A stretch of 64,000 bases of DNA from Utricularia gibba. Taxonomy: Eukaryota > Plantae > Magnoliophyta. The stretch is from assembly GCA_002189035.1 (NCBI GenBank), contig NEEC01000013.1, positions 3,100,001 through 3,164,000 on the forward strand. The letters run 5' to 3'. Positions 37,379 to 51,169 of the stretch are shown in pieces. The position numbers and the translations under genes are program-made. The first letter of the stretch is position 1. The number at the start of each line of letters is the position of its first letter. The notes below the pieces were generated by a model. It made no database searches and was not told where the DNA came from. It was given only the letters and a program-made list of their open reading frames with translations.

Positions 37379-38277
37379 ATGGAGAGAATGATGAAAAATG
37401 GGGTGATGAGATTGCCTCCTGGATTTCGATTTCACCCCACCGATGAAGAGCTTGTTGTTCAGTATCTGAAGAGGAAGGTATTCTCTTATCCATTGCCTTC
37501 CACAGTTATCTCCGAGTTTGAGGTTTGCAGAGAAGACCCATGGGATTTTCCTGGTACAGATTTGATTCGCGATTGCAGCGGAGCCTAAATCCTGTCTTCT
37601 TGTTCTTCATCTAAGTGCTTCTTTTTTTTTTTTTGGTTCGTTTTCTTGTTCCAGGTAATTGGGAACATGAGAGATACTTTTTCACCACGCGTGAGGTGAA
37701 ATACTCAAAGGGCAACCGATCAAATCGGTCTACCGCCTCTGGTTACTGGAAGGCGACGGGTTTGGACAAACAGGTTGTGAGTACGAGGAGCAATCATGTA
37801 GTCGGAATGAAGAAAACGCTGGTGTTCTATCGCGGGAAGCCGCGAAAAGGGTGTAAAACGGATTGGATTATGCACGAATATCGTCTCCAGAATCCCCAGA
37901 GTTCAGCTAAGGTAAGAATTCCGGCGCGGCGGATTTGTGAAAATTTACCCTGAAATGAAATCATGCCCTGACTTTGGGTCCTGGTTCTCTTGCAGGTAAA
38001 CTGGGTCCTTTGCAGAGTATTCTTGAAGAAAAAGGGCAGCAGAAATGGAAACGATGAACGGTTCCCAACTCAAACTCCGGCGGCGGAGTCGCCGGTTTTC
38101 TACGATTTCATGGCGAAAGATGTGAATGTGCGGCCGGCGAACTCATCCTCGGGCTCCAGCGACGTGACGGCGATTTCACCTAGAAATGAAGCAGTGGATC
38201 ATGGAGACGACAGCAGCAGCTGCTGCAACAGCTTCATCGCGTGTGCCGGAAGCAATCAACGCCCCTCGTGTAATTGA
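37379..38277 (+). CDS. NAC transcription factor (NAC83/VNI2-like)
   Basis: Exons 37379-37553, 37655-37911, 37996-38277. [57 protein letters not shown]. Confidence 0.92.
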
Positions 38278-38860
38278 TACTAGGCTTCGGAGAAGAGCGA
38301 AAGAGCTCCCTCACTTGTTCCTTGAATCATCCCGTCCAATCCAATTACATCTTTTTTTTCCAGAAGTGAAATTGAATGCTAATTTGATAAGGGATCTCCG
38401 TACGGACATCGGACTTCAGGTTAGGGGTGGGGGGTCCCCATCCCAATCTCAAAAGGTCAATGCTTGGGACTCCCGGTGAAAAGGTCACCGGACAAAATTA
38501 GGCCATGGCCTTTTGGAGGAAGTGGCGGGTGAGAAGAGAGATCTGCTTGCTTCTTTACAAACTTTGGTCCCTCGTGGAAAAGGATTGATCAGTTGTTTAA
38601 TCTGTTCCTACGCCTGCACCACAAAACCTTTGATGACGCCTCATTGAATTCAGTACTTGGATGATGCCGTGCAAAAATTGGAGAGTGCGACCCACCAGGG
38701 TAGCTCGAGAATCCTCCTCCAACTCCTCCGTGTGTTTCAAGCAGGTGGCGGGGGTGGACACGATGATCGGAGGGGAGCTATCATTATGCTACTCGAATAC
38801 CATACTAAAACACAAAGCTGGCCTTGGTGAAGTTGTGCACGTTACAGCTTATCCATACGC

Positions 38861-38880
38861 GCCGCGCCGCGCCGCGCCGC
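38861..38880. repeat. (GCCGC)4 microsatellite
   Basis: gccgcgccgcgccgcgccgc, read directly in the NAC-Mei2 intergenic region. Confidence 0.7.
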
Positions 38881-40969
38881 TCTAATTAATAATGATGCTT
38901 CTTACTGGGATTGGAGAGCAAGAAATTATGGAGTCCGAGAGTGAGGGAAGAAGAGGATCAAGAAGTTCGTTCTTGGGGTAAGGAGCAATGGAGAATGGGG
39001 TTTGTTGGGTCATCCGGTCTCATGAAAGCCATTTAAGCAAGGCTGGCCCAACAACCAGCCCAGCCCAGCCATCATCATACATTCATACTCATGGCCTCGC
39101 CTGCAGTGCATTTGCTGATAGTTCAAAGTGCAACCACCTTCACCTTTTTCCTCTTAAAAAAATGATTTTGAATCTAATACAAAGGGGAAGAAGGCCATGC
39201 CTTTCACAAATGCAGAAAGTAACTAGAGTGGCGATTGCGGGGGCAGGCAATAATGAGTTTGGTGAACAGGTGTGGGCCGGACATGATCACATGTGCGCCG
39301 AGTAGGACCTCCACCTCCACCCCTCTCCTCTGAATCTGATCTCATCCGATATCTGGGCGCTTGGCTACCGGCTAGCCCCGCCCTGGTGTCATCATGTATG
39401 CACACCGCGGAGGAAATTCATTTCAACCCAACAATGGGAGGATGAATTCCCCAGTGTTTTCCTGCATCTTTCATTCCAAGCCCACAAAGCATGGGATAAT
39501 TTGTGTGTATGATGGAATCTGAATAGATGCACTGCTCTGTGTGTGTGTGTTGTTATGGTCCTGGTTTGCGAGAGACACCAAACAAGGGGCGGGGCCGGAC
39601 GCACGCCGTTCCGCACCCAAAGGGGGAGGACGACCCCGCAGGGACATGTGCTGTCTGCTGGCTTTTCAACCCCATGGCCATGGCATGGACTACTACAATT
39701 TTTAAAAGTTGGTTAGTGGCGAAATCGGAAGGTTGGGGATGTTAATGAAGAGAGGGACCTGGAGCTGGACCTGCCGCCATCCAGATCCGGCTCATGAGTT
39801 CTGATATTAGTTAATTAATAGCATGGCGTTCTTCCCAAATTAGATTACCCACTCCGGTCCATAATTGTCATTAGGCAATCAAATAATGCGAATCTACCGT
39901 CTTCACATTGTAGCTTACCACATTGAACCCAATTACTTACTACTCGACGCTTCCTTCCTAGCTTGGTACAGGAACAAGAAGAAGAAGGCATGCTGCACAA
40001 GCAAGGCGCTCCCTGATCTCGACTGCCAACTGCATCCTCGTCCTTGTCCCAACTCCGAACCGCTCTGCCCTTGTGCTCTTGTGTCCGTATCTCACAGCCT
40101 CCCTATTTAATTTGCACGTGCATTCAGTTGACGTGTTGAGGAAGTGGAGCTCGCCGTCCTCCCTCCTCGTGAGCGAAGAAGAAGCACAGGGATTCAGGAG
40201 ACTCGCTTCATTCGTGCGCTCCAAAGAGTGGATGATACTACATCATGCTGTCTACGTGCAGCGTTTGAACAGCAACAGCAACGATGACATGAAGACAGAG
40301 AGAAAGAAAAACGGGATCGCGCCGAGGAGCTTATTTGCACGCCACTAATACCTAAATTTCTTCTCCTTTTTTGCCTAATCCTTTTCTGGCATTTTATTCC
40401 GTTTACTCGTCTCTTGGATTCTTACCGGCTTCCTTCTCTCTCCATTTTCCGCTCTTTCTGGCTTTTCTATGCCTTTTTAAGCTTCCTCTGGGCGGGCGCC
40501 CATCGCCTTTTGCTCCTTCTCTTCGTGGTTTTTGGTTCCGGGACAACGGTTTGATACCGCATGGTGGCTGCTTATTCAGAGAGGTGAGTTTGCCCCTGAA
40601 TCTTTTCACGTTGTCCAAGTTTCGGACACCCTGACTTTACGCTGAATTTCTTGTCTAAATTCTCTGAGTTATACAGCCTCGTGGTTTGCTCGATTACAAA
40701 AGTTTGTACCTTGTGAGAGGGAGGTTGTGTAAGCAAAATAGACGGGATGAACTGTTTGACGGTTGCGCCTGCACGGAGGTTGTGTTTTTTCCATAAGAAA
40801 AAATTCTACATTATTCAATGAGCTCATCGATCCGTTTAGAAAGTTTGGCTCAGTTAAGGCAAGTCAAAGTGCAGTACTTCGTCATGAATAGTGTTTAAAT
40901 TTCTGCAGTTGAGAAAATCTTTTATAAGAGATTCTCTCTCAGGTATGAAATCAGATGCAATGTTAAAGG

Positions 40970-43900
40970 ATGGATGGCACTGTTTCGTCTCCGTACACAA
41001 GTAGAATAACTCTGCTGGATCAAAAGATGGTCAAGGATCTTCTTCTCTCTGACAGTCATTTACTTCATGGTCGAAACGTTAATCGGCCATTCGGAGAAAA
41101 TTGCGTTGAAGCCGAAATTGTGGCCGACAGTACCTTGTGGGGCGCGGGTGATCAGGATTTGGAGTCTCGATCCAAACAACATGCAGAGTCTGCTTCTCTC
41201 TTTTTTGGAGGTAAAAGGAATCTTGCAGGTGTTCATTTTGCTTCCGACTTCTTTTCAACTTCGTTGTCTCATTTGTATATTAGGAATTGTGATGTGTACT
41301 CGTTTATCTAAATCACTACTCTTCCGCATTCAGATCATTCAGTTGCTGCGAAAGATGTGGTTACTTCCAGTTATGAGGAATTCTTTGAGTCCCTTGCAGA
41401 ACTTGAGGCTAAAACTATCGGCAATCTTCTCCCTGATGATGATGATCTGCTGTCTGGTGTAACTGATGGTTTTGCTCATCATACTAACGGAGAAGAAACA
41501 GAAGAGTTAGACTTGTTTAGTAATGTTGGGGGGCTCGAACTTGGAGAAGATGGCTCCCTGCAAAGAAGCATTGAGCTATCTGAGGCTAGGCGGGTAAAGT
41601 CTCATGGTACCTTCGGTGAGCTTTCCATGGTCGAGCACCCATCCAGAACACTTTTTGTGAGGAATACAGATAGTAATGTCGATGACTCTGATTTAACTGA
41701 GCTTTTTGAGGTAATCTCTTTGCCGTATGCCATTTTTGTTGTGGTGAGTAGCAATCATGTTGCCTGACCTTTTTTTTTTCCGGTGGGGTAAATCTTGTTA
41801 CTGCAGCAATATGGCGACATTAGCACCCTGTATACTGCATGCAAACATAGGGGTTTTATTATGATCTCATACTATGATATAAGAGCAGCTTGTAATGCAA
41901 TGAAGGCTCTCCGGAGTAAAGCATTAAGGTCTAGGAAACTTGACATACATTTTTCTGTTCCCAAGGTGGCATTCCTCTCCCTTCACGCTTCCTATCTACC
42001 CACAATGTTTATACAAAACCGTGACTTCTTAACCTGTACATATCATTGTTTTTCGCTCTACATACTCTTCAGGAGAGTCCCTTAGGTGAAGATATCAATC
42101 AGGGAATTCTTGCAATCCATGTTGGTTCTTCTGTTTCAAATGATGAACTTCACGAATCTTTTAGTTTGTATGGTGAAGTGATGGAGGTGAGCTGAATTAT
42201 CTCATGAATGTTGGGGTCACATTCGGACGGACCTTTCTATCCATCACATACCTCCTTTTCAGATTCGTGATACACCCGTTGGATCATCTCATCACAAGTT
42301 TGTTGAGTTTTATGATGTTAGAGCTGCAGCATCTGCCCTCCGTAATTTTGGTAGTGAAATAGGTGGAAAGAAGATAAAGCTGGAACCCGTTGGACCAGCT
42401 GATTGTAAAAGGTGAATCACCTCCAGCTTTTTGACCCCATCCCTTCATCTGCGTTTAAGCCTTTCCACCTATCTCTCTTTTTTTTTTTTCTTAAACTGCA
42501 TCGAGTATTGGTTTCCTGGGTGGGAAAGTTAACATCTGAATCTGTAGATTGATGCAGCTTCATTATTCCCAGCAAGAGACTGGAGAATCTGATAGTATGC
42601 TACCGCAGCACAGTCCACTTAGTAACTTGACTGCTGCATTTTCTGGTAATTCTATTATGTTTGTTATCCTTTGGTTAGCTAATGGGGAATTGACCTATTT
42701 AAAATTCTACAACAGGATCACTTTTACTTGGCAGCATTTCATCTTGTACAGAGATCGGGACAATGTTAAGCCTGCAGTCTACGGAAGGAGGATCTGTTAG
42801 TCATCTTGTTGATGATGGAGCAACATCATGTGTATCGATCAGCTCGCCATTATGTCCTAGGACTGAGCCCCGAAAGCATTCCAGTATGTCTGATTATGGC
42901 CACATAAGAAACCACTCAACATGTGAGATCCAGGGGCCGACTAATTTTCAAGCTCATTCTTTCCCTGATTACGATCATTCTTTATCAAATGGTCTTTGGT
43001 TGGGATCTCCTGGTAATTTTAGTTCCTGGCCATCTGAGATCATCTATGGCCAGCAACTCAACAGTTTTGTTCTGGATGCGCAGCCGGTGGAGTCAAGGAA
43101 AGGTGATACAAGTGATATGCCCTTCTTTGATGCTTGGGGATCCCCTTTGTGAGTCTGACCGCAAGTTTCCTTTCTACAGCTTTTGGTTTCTCTGCAAGTG
43201 GAAGCTGTCGTCCTCCCCTGCATCACATGTGGAACCATTTGCATGGGCCTCGGCCTATTTGTCCTAGTTCACCATCGTTCATCTGTGGAATTAGTGCAAT
43301 CTCTCTTCGACAGATGCATGGACCGCCTGGATCTCCACTTATTCTCGATTCTGGTTTACCTCTTCGTAACATTCATGTGGGATCAGCACCATCTTTCAAC
43401 GGATCCGCCTGGGACCAACATCATGCCTATTCCAGGGAGTCTCCTGATGCTAATGTGTTTCATCCAGGTTCACTTGGTTCTGGTAATTCACCACGTCCAA
43501 ATGAATTTGTTCCTCGCAACAGCCTTCCTCGTGCTGGTGCGAATCGTATGGATATGTCAACCCCTACCAAAAATTTTGGGATGCATCCCCATCATCATTT
43601 TCCTCCAAGAAACCAAACATTTCCCATCTTTAGTGCGCATGAGTCTCTGAATGAAAGAACTAGAAGTCGAAGAAATGAAGCCAACTTGAGCCAGGCTGAC
43701 AAGAAACAATTTGAGCTTGACATAGACCGAATTATGCAAGGAGAAGACAGGCGGACTACTCTTATGATAAAGAACATCCCTAACAAGTATGTTGAAGTTG
43801 AAATGTGCATGCAGATAATTTTTTTGCTGCGTAATCTTTGGTTAACCTGACCCAATTTTTGACATGATTTGTTTCGGAATGCTGATAGGTACACCTCAAA

Positions 43901-44622
43901 GATGCTTTTGGCTACTATTGATGAGCGGCATAAAGGGACTTACGATTTCATCTACTTACCCATTGACTTCAAGGCAAGTTATCGTTCTCATTGGAGTTGG
44001 GGGCATCTTGTTTTCCTGACCTGGGGTTCCCTCATTGCCTTCTCCTTTGTTTCAGAACAAATGCAACGTGGGGTATGCCTTTATAAACATGACTGAACCT
44101 TCTCTGATAGTCCCATTCCACAAGGTACCTATCTAGTCCGTACCCTTATCATTTGCCTGCTCCTGCTTTCCTAGTAACTGGTTTGATTTCCTGTCATAGA
44201 CGTTCCATGGGAAGAAGTGGGAAAAATTTAACAGTGAAAAGGTTGCATCCTTGGCATATGCTCGAATACAGGGAAAACCTGCCCTGATTGCACATTTCCA
44301 GAACTCGAGCCTGATGAACGAAGACAAGAGATGTCGTCCTATACTCTTCCATACAGATGGTCCTAACGCTGGAGATCAAGTAAGAACTCCTCCCCCTATT
44401 CCCTTGGCCCCAGAGAGGGCCGTGCCTTGTTGTTGTTGTTGTTGTTGATTTGGATTAACTCAACAGGTTCCGTTCCCGGTGGGTCCTAACATTCGGGCGA
44501 GACCTGGAAAACATGTTCGAACGGAGGAAAACGGTAAAGAAGAAAGGGCGGCCTGTGTTGTTGGGGATGAGTTTTGTAGTGGAGATTCATCATCGTCTGG
44601 TTCAGGCAGAGATTCAGACTAG
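40970..44622 (+). CDS. Mei2-like RRM RNA-binding protein (AML1/AML4 clade)
   Basis: IGNLLPDDDDLL, PSRTLFVRN (RRM1), KHRGFIMISYYDIRAA, RTTLMIKNIPNKYTSKML, YDFIYLPIDFK|NKCNVGYAF, KWEKFNSEKVASLAYARIQG, DGPNAGDQ. The true start is uncertain. One GC-AG intron. Confidence 0.9.
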
Positions 44623-44747
44623 CCCTGCCCCTGCCCCTGCATTTTGTAGAGAGGGAAAACGTAACGTTGTTTAATTCAAGTGTATAGAGAGAGGTTGGTT
44701 TCTATTACGTGATGGAGAAAACAGATCAACAGAACGCGCACAGCTCA

Positions 44748-44961
44748 GGCCCATCCTACGACCAAAGCTTATCATTCTATTTTCCGTGAGCTGGACGGCC
44801 CTTCCTCTTCCTGTGTGGAAGCTGCGCTGGACGCAGTGAGTGAGCCCGTCGGAGTAAATGTCTACTGGGCTGGCCTTATCAACGGTTTGAATTAATACTA
44901 ATAAATCTGGCCCATCGGAGCCATTATAAATCCAAAAGTGACGGTCCGATCCCTAGGGTTT
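44748..44961 (+). promoter_or_regulatory. Site II elements plus telo-box in the RPS27 promoter
   Basis: GGCCCA at 44748, TGGGCT at 44866, GGCCCA at 44909 and TAGGGTTT at 44954-44961. This combination is the classic plant ribosomal protein promoter. Confidence 0.75.
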
Positions 44962-45008
44962 CGAGCTGCCCCGAATCGTCTGCGTTCCGCCGTGGTTGTG
45001 AATCGAAG

Positions 45009-45527
<519 letters not shown>

Positions 45528-46836
45528 TACCCGGTTGATTTTTTGGCCTGCTCTCTAGTTGATGAACTGCCTGAAATCAAGTTTGCTCATGTTTTCTGTG
45601 TTTTAGCTATGGATGTCTCTTCTGTTGTGTTGGCATTTGGTTCCTTATTCTTATCACAGCGTGGTATTTCTGGCTCCTCCACATGTAGCGACTTTTGGTC
45701 TGAATATCCCAATTTCGCGACGGAATAGATACATTTCTTTGCAATATCGTGGGAGTCGCCAAGTTGAAGCCTTTTCATTTCTAGTTGGTTCACCCGTTGA
45801 GTGTGAAAGTTAAAATGAGGGAGAAGTGCATCTCGATCCCGTGTAGCAATATATCGATGAAGGGTTTGTTCACAGTATTATGAAAAATACTAGTTTATGT
45901 GTCACAGGTAGTCAGTCACCTAGTAGTTACGTACTGGTTAATGCAAGCATGTAAAGATGATGCTGGGACAAAATTCCGGAATACTCTTCCACGTGCTGTG
46001 GTATGTTGTTGTGGGCTGAATTCCGCCAACTCAGTGAGTGAATTTGTTCCACAGTTAAATTTCTGTGTCGCTGCCCAGTCAGTCGGCAGTGGCCGGTTCT
46101 GCGTTAAAACGTTTGACCGGCCAACCCAAAAAATACTAACCACGGGTTGGGTCAGTGGAAGGGGTTATGATGCTTGAAATCTGCAGCAGCCGGAGGAGAC
46201 CTGCGTGGCATTAAATTCAGTCAAAGGAGGTGAGGTGTCTGTCTGGCATTGGGTGGGTGGATGAAGAAGATAAGATATGACTGCAAATCCGAAGAGGCCA
46301 CCCCCCACCCCACCCCACCCGCCACAGGTTGTCTTCCAACTTTTGCCATGGCATTTCCCAAGTTCCATTTTCAACCCGCCACAAGTTCTCGATCAATCAT
46401 TTTGGTCGGCACGCTATTTTTCTTTTGAAGTGGAGCGAATGAAGGATTGCGCCTCTGCCCTGCCCTGCCTTTGCTCTCACACCTGCCCAACGCCTCTGCT
46501 TTACTTTACTACAGCTGCTTTTTTGAATTTGAAATGGTGTCCGCTGACCACATCTGCTTTCTTGTCATAAAACTCCAAAAAAGCGTGGGATTTAGTGATG
46601 AAGGCGGGATTGGATTAGGATGGAAACCGGACAAACAAAGACTTGTGTAAATGGCTGGCTGGCTACTGTTCTGAACGAATTTTCTGTAATATTGTTGGCT
46701 GGTTTGTAAGGGATGCACTTGGAATGGAATGTGTGTGTGATCCACCGGTGGACTTGCTCTCCATTTTTTGTCCTGGTGTTTTATACTACAGACAGACAGA
46801 CAGACATACATACATCCAAGCGCACCCAAACAACAA

Positions 46837-47499
46837 CTAATCGTCTTGCCGCCTCCGTCTCCCGGTAGTGGTCTCCGCAATAGTGTCGAGTTTGGGTCTC
46901 CAGGGGCGGCGCCGCCCCACAAGCTGGTCGTATTCCCGCCGTAATTTTGGAGTCGTGCAGACTCTCGTGTTCGAAGATTCCTCCTCCTGGTTCTGGTGCG
47001 GGTGGCGAGTAGTATCGTTGGTCTCCTTGATCCGTAGTTTCCCAGAAGGCGTCATCTCCACCTGGAAGTCGGGCATACACCGGATGAAAGTAATGAAGGA
47101 GACGGCGGATTGGGAGAATACGGCCGGCAGGAGAAAGTAGCATTCCCCCTTCTGAAGACGGTGGTCTCCGGATAGAGCGGGGGCCTTTTGGCCGATGAAA
47201 AAGCAATCCGAGCGGCAGACCATGTGCTTGGGGAACTCCTCCATCACCTCCCTAACCTTCACCGCTCGCTCGTACTGTATAACCCCGCCGTCGCATTTTA
47301 TGAGCCGGATAACCTCACCGCCGGTGTCAGCCTCCGGCGAGGGGAGATGTATGCAAGCGATGCGGTGGAACAGGCGGCGGGGGAAAAGCGCCATCCCCAT
47401 CACCAGCTTCTTCTGCTTGCTCCGGTGGAACTGTTGTTGCTGTAGTCGGAGAAGACAGGCGAACGCACGAATACCGATGTTGAGGCAGAAGAGATTCAT
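46837..47499 (-). CDS. DUF4228 (PADRE) domain protein
   Basis: Single 220-aa ORF: IRLIKCDG, V.V.EVM.EFPKHMVC, L..D..L..G..YFLLP, and a terminal WRPKLDTIAE motif. The start could be the internal MGM near 47400. Confidence 0.8.
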   Translation of the reverse strand: MNLFCLNIGIRAFACLLRLQQQQFHRSKQKKLVMGMALFPRRLFHRIACIHLPSPEADTGGEVIRLIKCDGGVIQYERAVKVREVMEEFPKHMVCRSDCFFIGQKAPALSGDHRLQKGECYFLLPAVFSQSAVSFITFIRCMPDFQVEMTPSGKLRIKETNDTTRHPHQNQEEESSNTRVCTTPKLRREYDQLVGRRRPWRPKLDTIAETTTGRRRRQDD

Positions 47500-49055
47500 C
47501 TAGTGGCAGAGCACGGTCGGGGTCGGCTCACGTATATATACATAGACACATGGATGCGTATGCGCAGCGGTGAAGGCATGGCAGACAAAAGATTGCAAGG
47601 CATGGTGATGGAACGGGACGAGAGAGATGATTCAAAAAAATGGGTCAGTGAATTTAAAAGTTCAAAAATTGGTCAAATGAAAAAGAAGAAAAAGAAGCAA
47701 TAATCCATACACTTTTATTGTGGTTTTTAATAAATTCAATAAAAGTGGCTGCCTTTTACTTTGACTGGGCAGCAGCGTCGGAACGTGGACGACGCAGGCC
47801 CGGGCCCACGCCGTGCGACTGCTGCTGACTGCCCTTTCCGTTTGTTTGGGTTGCAGCTCTGGGCCCTGGCCCCGCCCACTATTTCTATATTGCCCACTTG
47901 ATTTTCCCGCCACCGGCTTCACTCGCTCGTCGTCCTTCGGAAATCGGACGATGATCTGAAAAGTACGGTGCGGTCCGACATCGGCCAGTCGGTCAGTAAT
48001 GATGTCTTTATTTCATTTTACTGACAAAACAAAAGTATGTCTGTTCGGGTAATCGTGAAAACGAGAAGAATGGCATACGGTGGTTGTTACTGTTGGGTTC
48101 ATTCTGTAAATCACATTAACCAGGTTGCTTGGGGATGGATATTTCAACTAATTCATGTTTCCCTTCTGGAAAAAGGAGCACTGTGGTTTGGTTCTGCAAC
48201 TTGTGCTGGCTTTTGTTTTTATTCTGATGGATTCAGGGGGGTGGGATTACACCAGGCCAAACTATTTTTTCTTTTTTTTTTGGTGGGGAATTTGAAAGCC
48301 TGGAATGAGAAAAAAAAAAAAAAAAACGGACAGCTGGAAGAGATGTGTGTGACTAAAAAGGTCATGTGCGGGCATTTGAAGGTGTTTAGTGTTGGGTGGG
48401 CAACTGCACATGCAGCATAAAACCCCAGACTTCTAATTATTCGTATCACTACACGGCCTTATTCGCTTTTGTTTTGTTAGTTTCCTGTCAAACTCTCAAC
48501 ATGATGTGGTTCCTTCCCCCCTGTGGCAAGATTGTGAATCAATCTGTGGTGCCGACTTGCCCAACCCCATTTTCTAATCCTGCTTCCGTAACTAACAGAT
48601 ATTGCTTAGTTTGCTTGAGTACTTTGGAATGGCCTTTCTTTTTTACCTGAGCAGTCTGGAGATGCATATATAAGACATGAACATGTGTGTCTGAGTGTAA
48701 AGGTAGGCACAAGAAACATATTTCATGGTTTTCCTTGTCTGTCATTTAGTCTATCTGTTTGACAGTTTGACTCCCCAAGCCCAGCTGACTGCCTAGCTGA
48801 AAAGTTAAAAAGGAAAACTCCTCATCCCAGAAACATTTGCACATGAATGTAGATGTGCGTTAGTGTCTCTGGGTCCCAAGGGCGGAGACGTGTATATGCA
48901 AATGGGTCATAGCCCTTGTTGCTATGGGAACTTCAGGCCCACTTCCCTTTCTGAAAAAGTTTTGCATCCCCTCTCTATATAAGGTTGATTTCATCAGCTG
49001 TTGCTCATCTCATTCGCTGAAAGGGGAGTTCCAACGTTCTAATTTTGCGCTTAGG

Positions 49056-50188
49056 ATGCGCTCCCAACTTTTATGTGGCATAGTTCTTGGCTTGTTTGTT
49101 CTCGTCAATGTGGCTTCTGGTGCTGCACCAAGAAGGCCAGTGGATGTGCCTTTTGGCAGGAACTACATCCCAACTTGGGCCTTTGATCACATCAAGTATT
49201 ACAATGGTGGGTCAGAGATTCATCTCTCTCTTGATAAGTCTACAGGTGAGGAAACACATGTTTACCTTGAAAGAAATCAACCATTTAGTTGAATATGTAT
49301 GTAGTAGCCTTGATGATGCTTTTTTGCGTTCAGGGACTGGTTTTCAGTCCAAGGGTTCCTATCTTTTTGGCCACTTCAGTATGCACATCAAGATGGTTCC
49401 AGGAGATTCTGCTGGCACCGTCACTGCTTTTTATGTGAGAATAAAATGACATCATGTTGTATTTTGCTTCCTTTTGAGAGTCCACGTTCATTATTCTCTT
49501 GTCGGTTGCAATGCAATTCACAGTTATCTTCCCAAAACTTGGAGCATGATGAAATAGACTTCGAATTCTTGGGGAACAGAAGCGGGCAGCCGTACATCCT
49601 CCAGACAAATGTATACACGGGTGGCAAAGGAGACAGAGAACAAAGGATATATCTCTGGTTTGATCCCACGAGAGAGTTCCATACCTACTCTGTCCTTTGG
49701 AATCTTTACCAGATAGTGTGAGTTTCAAGATGTTAAAGCCTGTTTGTGTTGTTTCTTATGATGTGATTCATGGAACGCGGTAAAGCAGGTTCTTTGTGGA
49801 TGATGTACCCATCCGAGTATTCAAAAACTGCAAGGACCTGGGGGTGAGATTCCCATTCAGCCAGCCGATGAAGATATACTCGAGCCTATGGAACGCCGAC
49901 GACTGGGCGACGAGGGGCGGCCTGGAGAAGACGGATTGGAGCAAAGCCCCCTTTGTGGCCTCCTACAAGGGCTTCCACGTCGATGGATGCGAGGCCTCCG
50001 TAGCAGCCAAGTTCTGCAACACTCAGGGGATGCGATGGTGGGACAAGAGAGAGTTCCAAGACCTTGACGCATACCAATGGCGCCGGCATCAATGGGTCCG
50101 GGCCAAGTACACCATCTATAACTACTGTCATGACCGCGTACGGTACCCAGCGGTGCCTGCTGAATGCAGGAGGGATAGAGACATATGA
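49056..50188 (+). CDS. XTH: Xyloglucan endotransglucosylase/hydrolase (group I, XTH4/XTH5-like)
   Basis: Exons 49056-49245, 49334-49434, 49524-49717, 49789-50188. Catalytic [31 protein letters not shown]. Confidence 0.95.
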
Positions 50189-51169
50189 GGGATGAATACA
50201 CAACACTGACAGACGACAAAATTTACCATTCATCCACTCCGTCGTATCTGTTGCTCCTTGTTCTGTCTGCAGTGCGTATCTGCGAATGCTCGGTTTGTTT
50301 TTTTTACTAAATAAATCCCCTTGCAAACAGAAGTGGATAAAAAGAGTAGGGTGCAGTCCTCTGAATTGATCACGGAGGAGTCTCCCACCCTAACGTGATC
50401 CCTCTGGGCTCGGAGATGCTCAGTGGACAGCTTTTGCCGGATTCCGATGACGGAAAACTGCAGAACCGTTGACAAGCCAGTCAGTGAAGAAAGAAACAGA
50501 CGACATGCACATGGATGTCAACCGCACAGCACATTACAATTGTGTGCTGCTGCTACGTCTATACAAAAAGCAAAGAACAAGACATCAAGTGGTCACCTGG
50601 CAGTCTTTCAATTTTAAAATGAATCCATGAGAATTATTGAGGGGCCCTTCGCTCACATGTCCGCAAAAAGCAGAACACAACAAAACCACTGGTTTTGGAG
50701 CGAAAAAAAAAAGAAGAAAGATAGGAGCAGCGACTACCAAAGTTCCAAGCCACCGAAAGAAGAACCTTGATTTGACTGAAAGACCATTGCATCAGGATTG
50801 ATTTCATGATGAAAACTGTTCACTAGAGCTGGAATTTCTTCATTCACTAGAATATAAATGGATTGTTTCAGCAGCAGGGGTTGCACACAGGAAACTTATC
50901 TCTTTCGGAAGTGGATGAGTGGGAGCCAGCGGAGGAGTATATCAAGAATTCGTTGTCTGTCACTCATATTCGGCGATTCGACTAAAACAATTTACTTTCT
51001 TGTCCTCCGCAGAAAATTTGTAATCTTGATGCCTAGACAGACGCATGTAAAGAAAAGCGGGTTGTATGCCTGCCCCTGCTGGTCAACTAAAAAGTTGTTC
51101 TTCACAGATAAAGCTCCCTTTTCACGGGTTGGTCTGGAAACGCATTTCCAATGCAAACGACTCTCCATC

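Noticed and set aside
39950-40350. Possible miRNA or small-peptide gene upstream of the Mei2-like gene
   Set aside because: No match to the conserved miRNA families I checked by eye, no evident fold-back, and no recognisable peptide motif.
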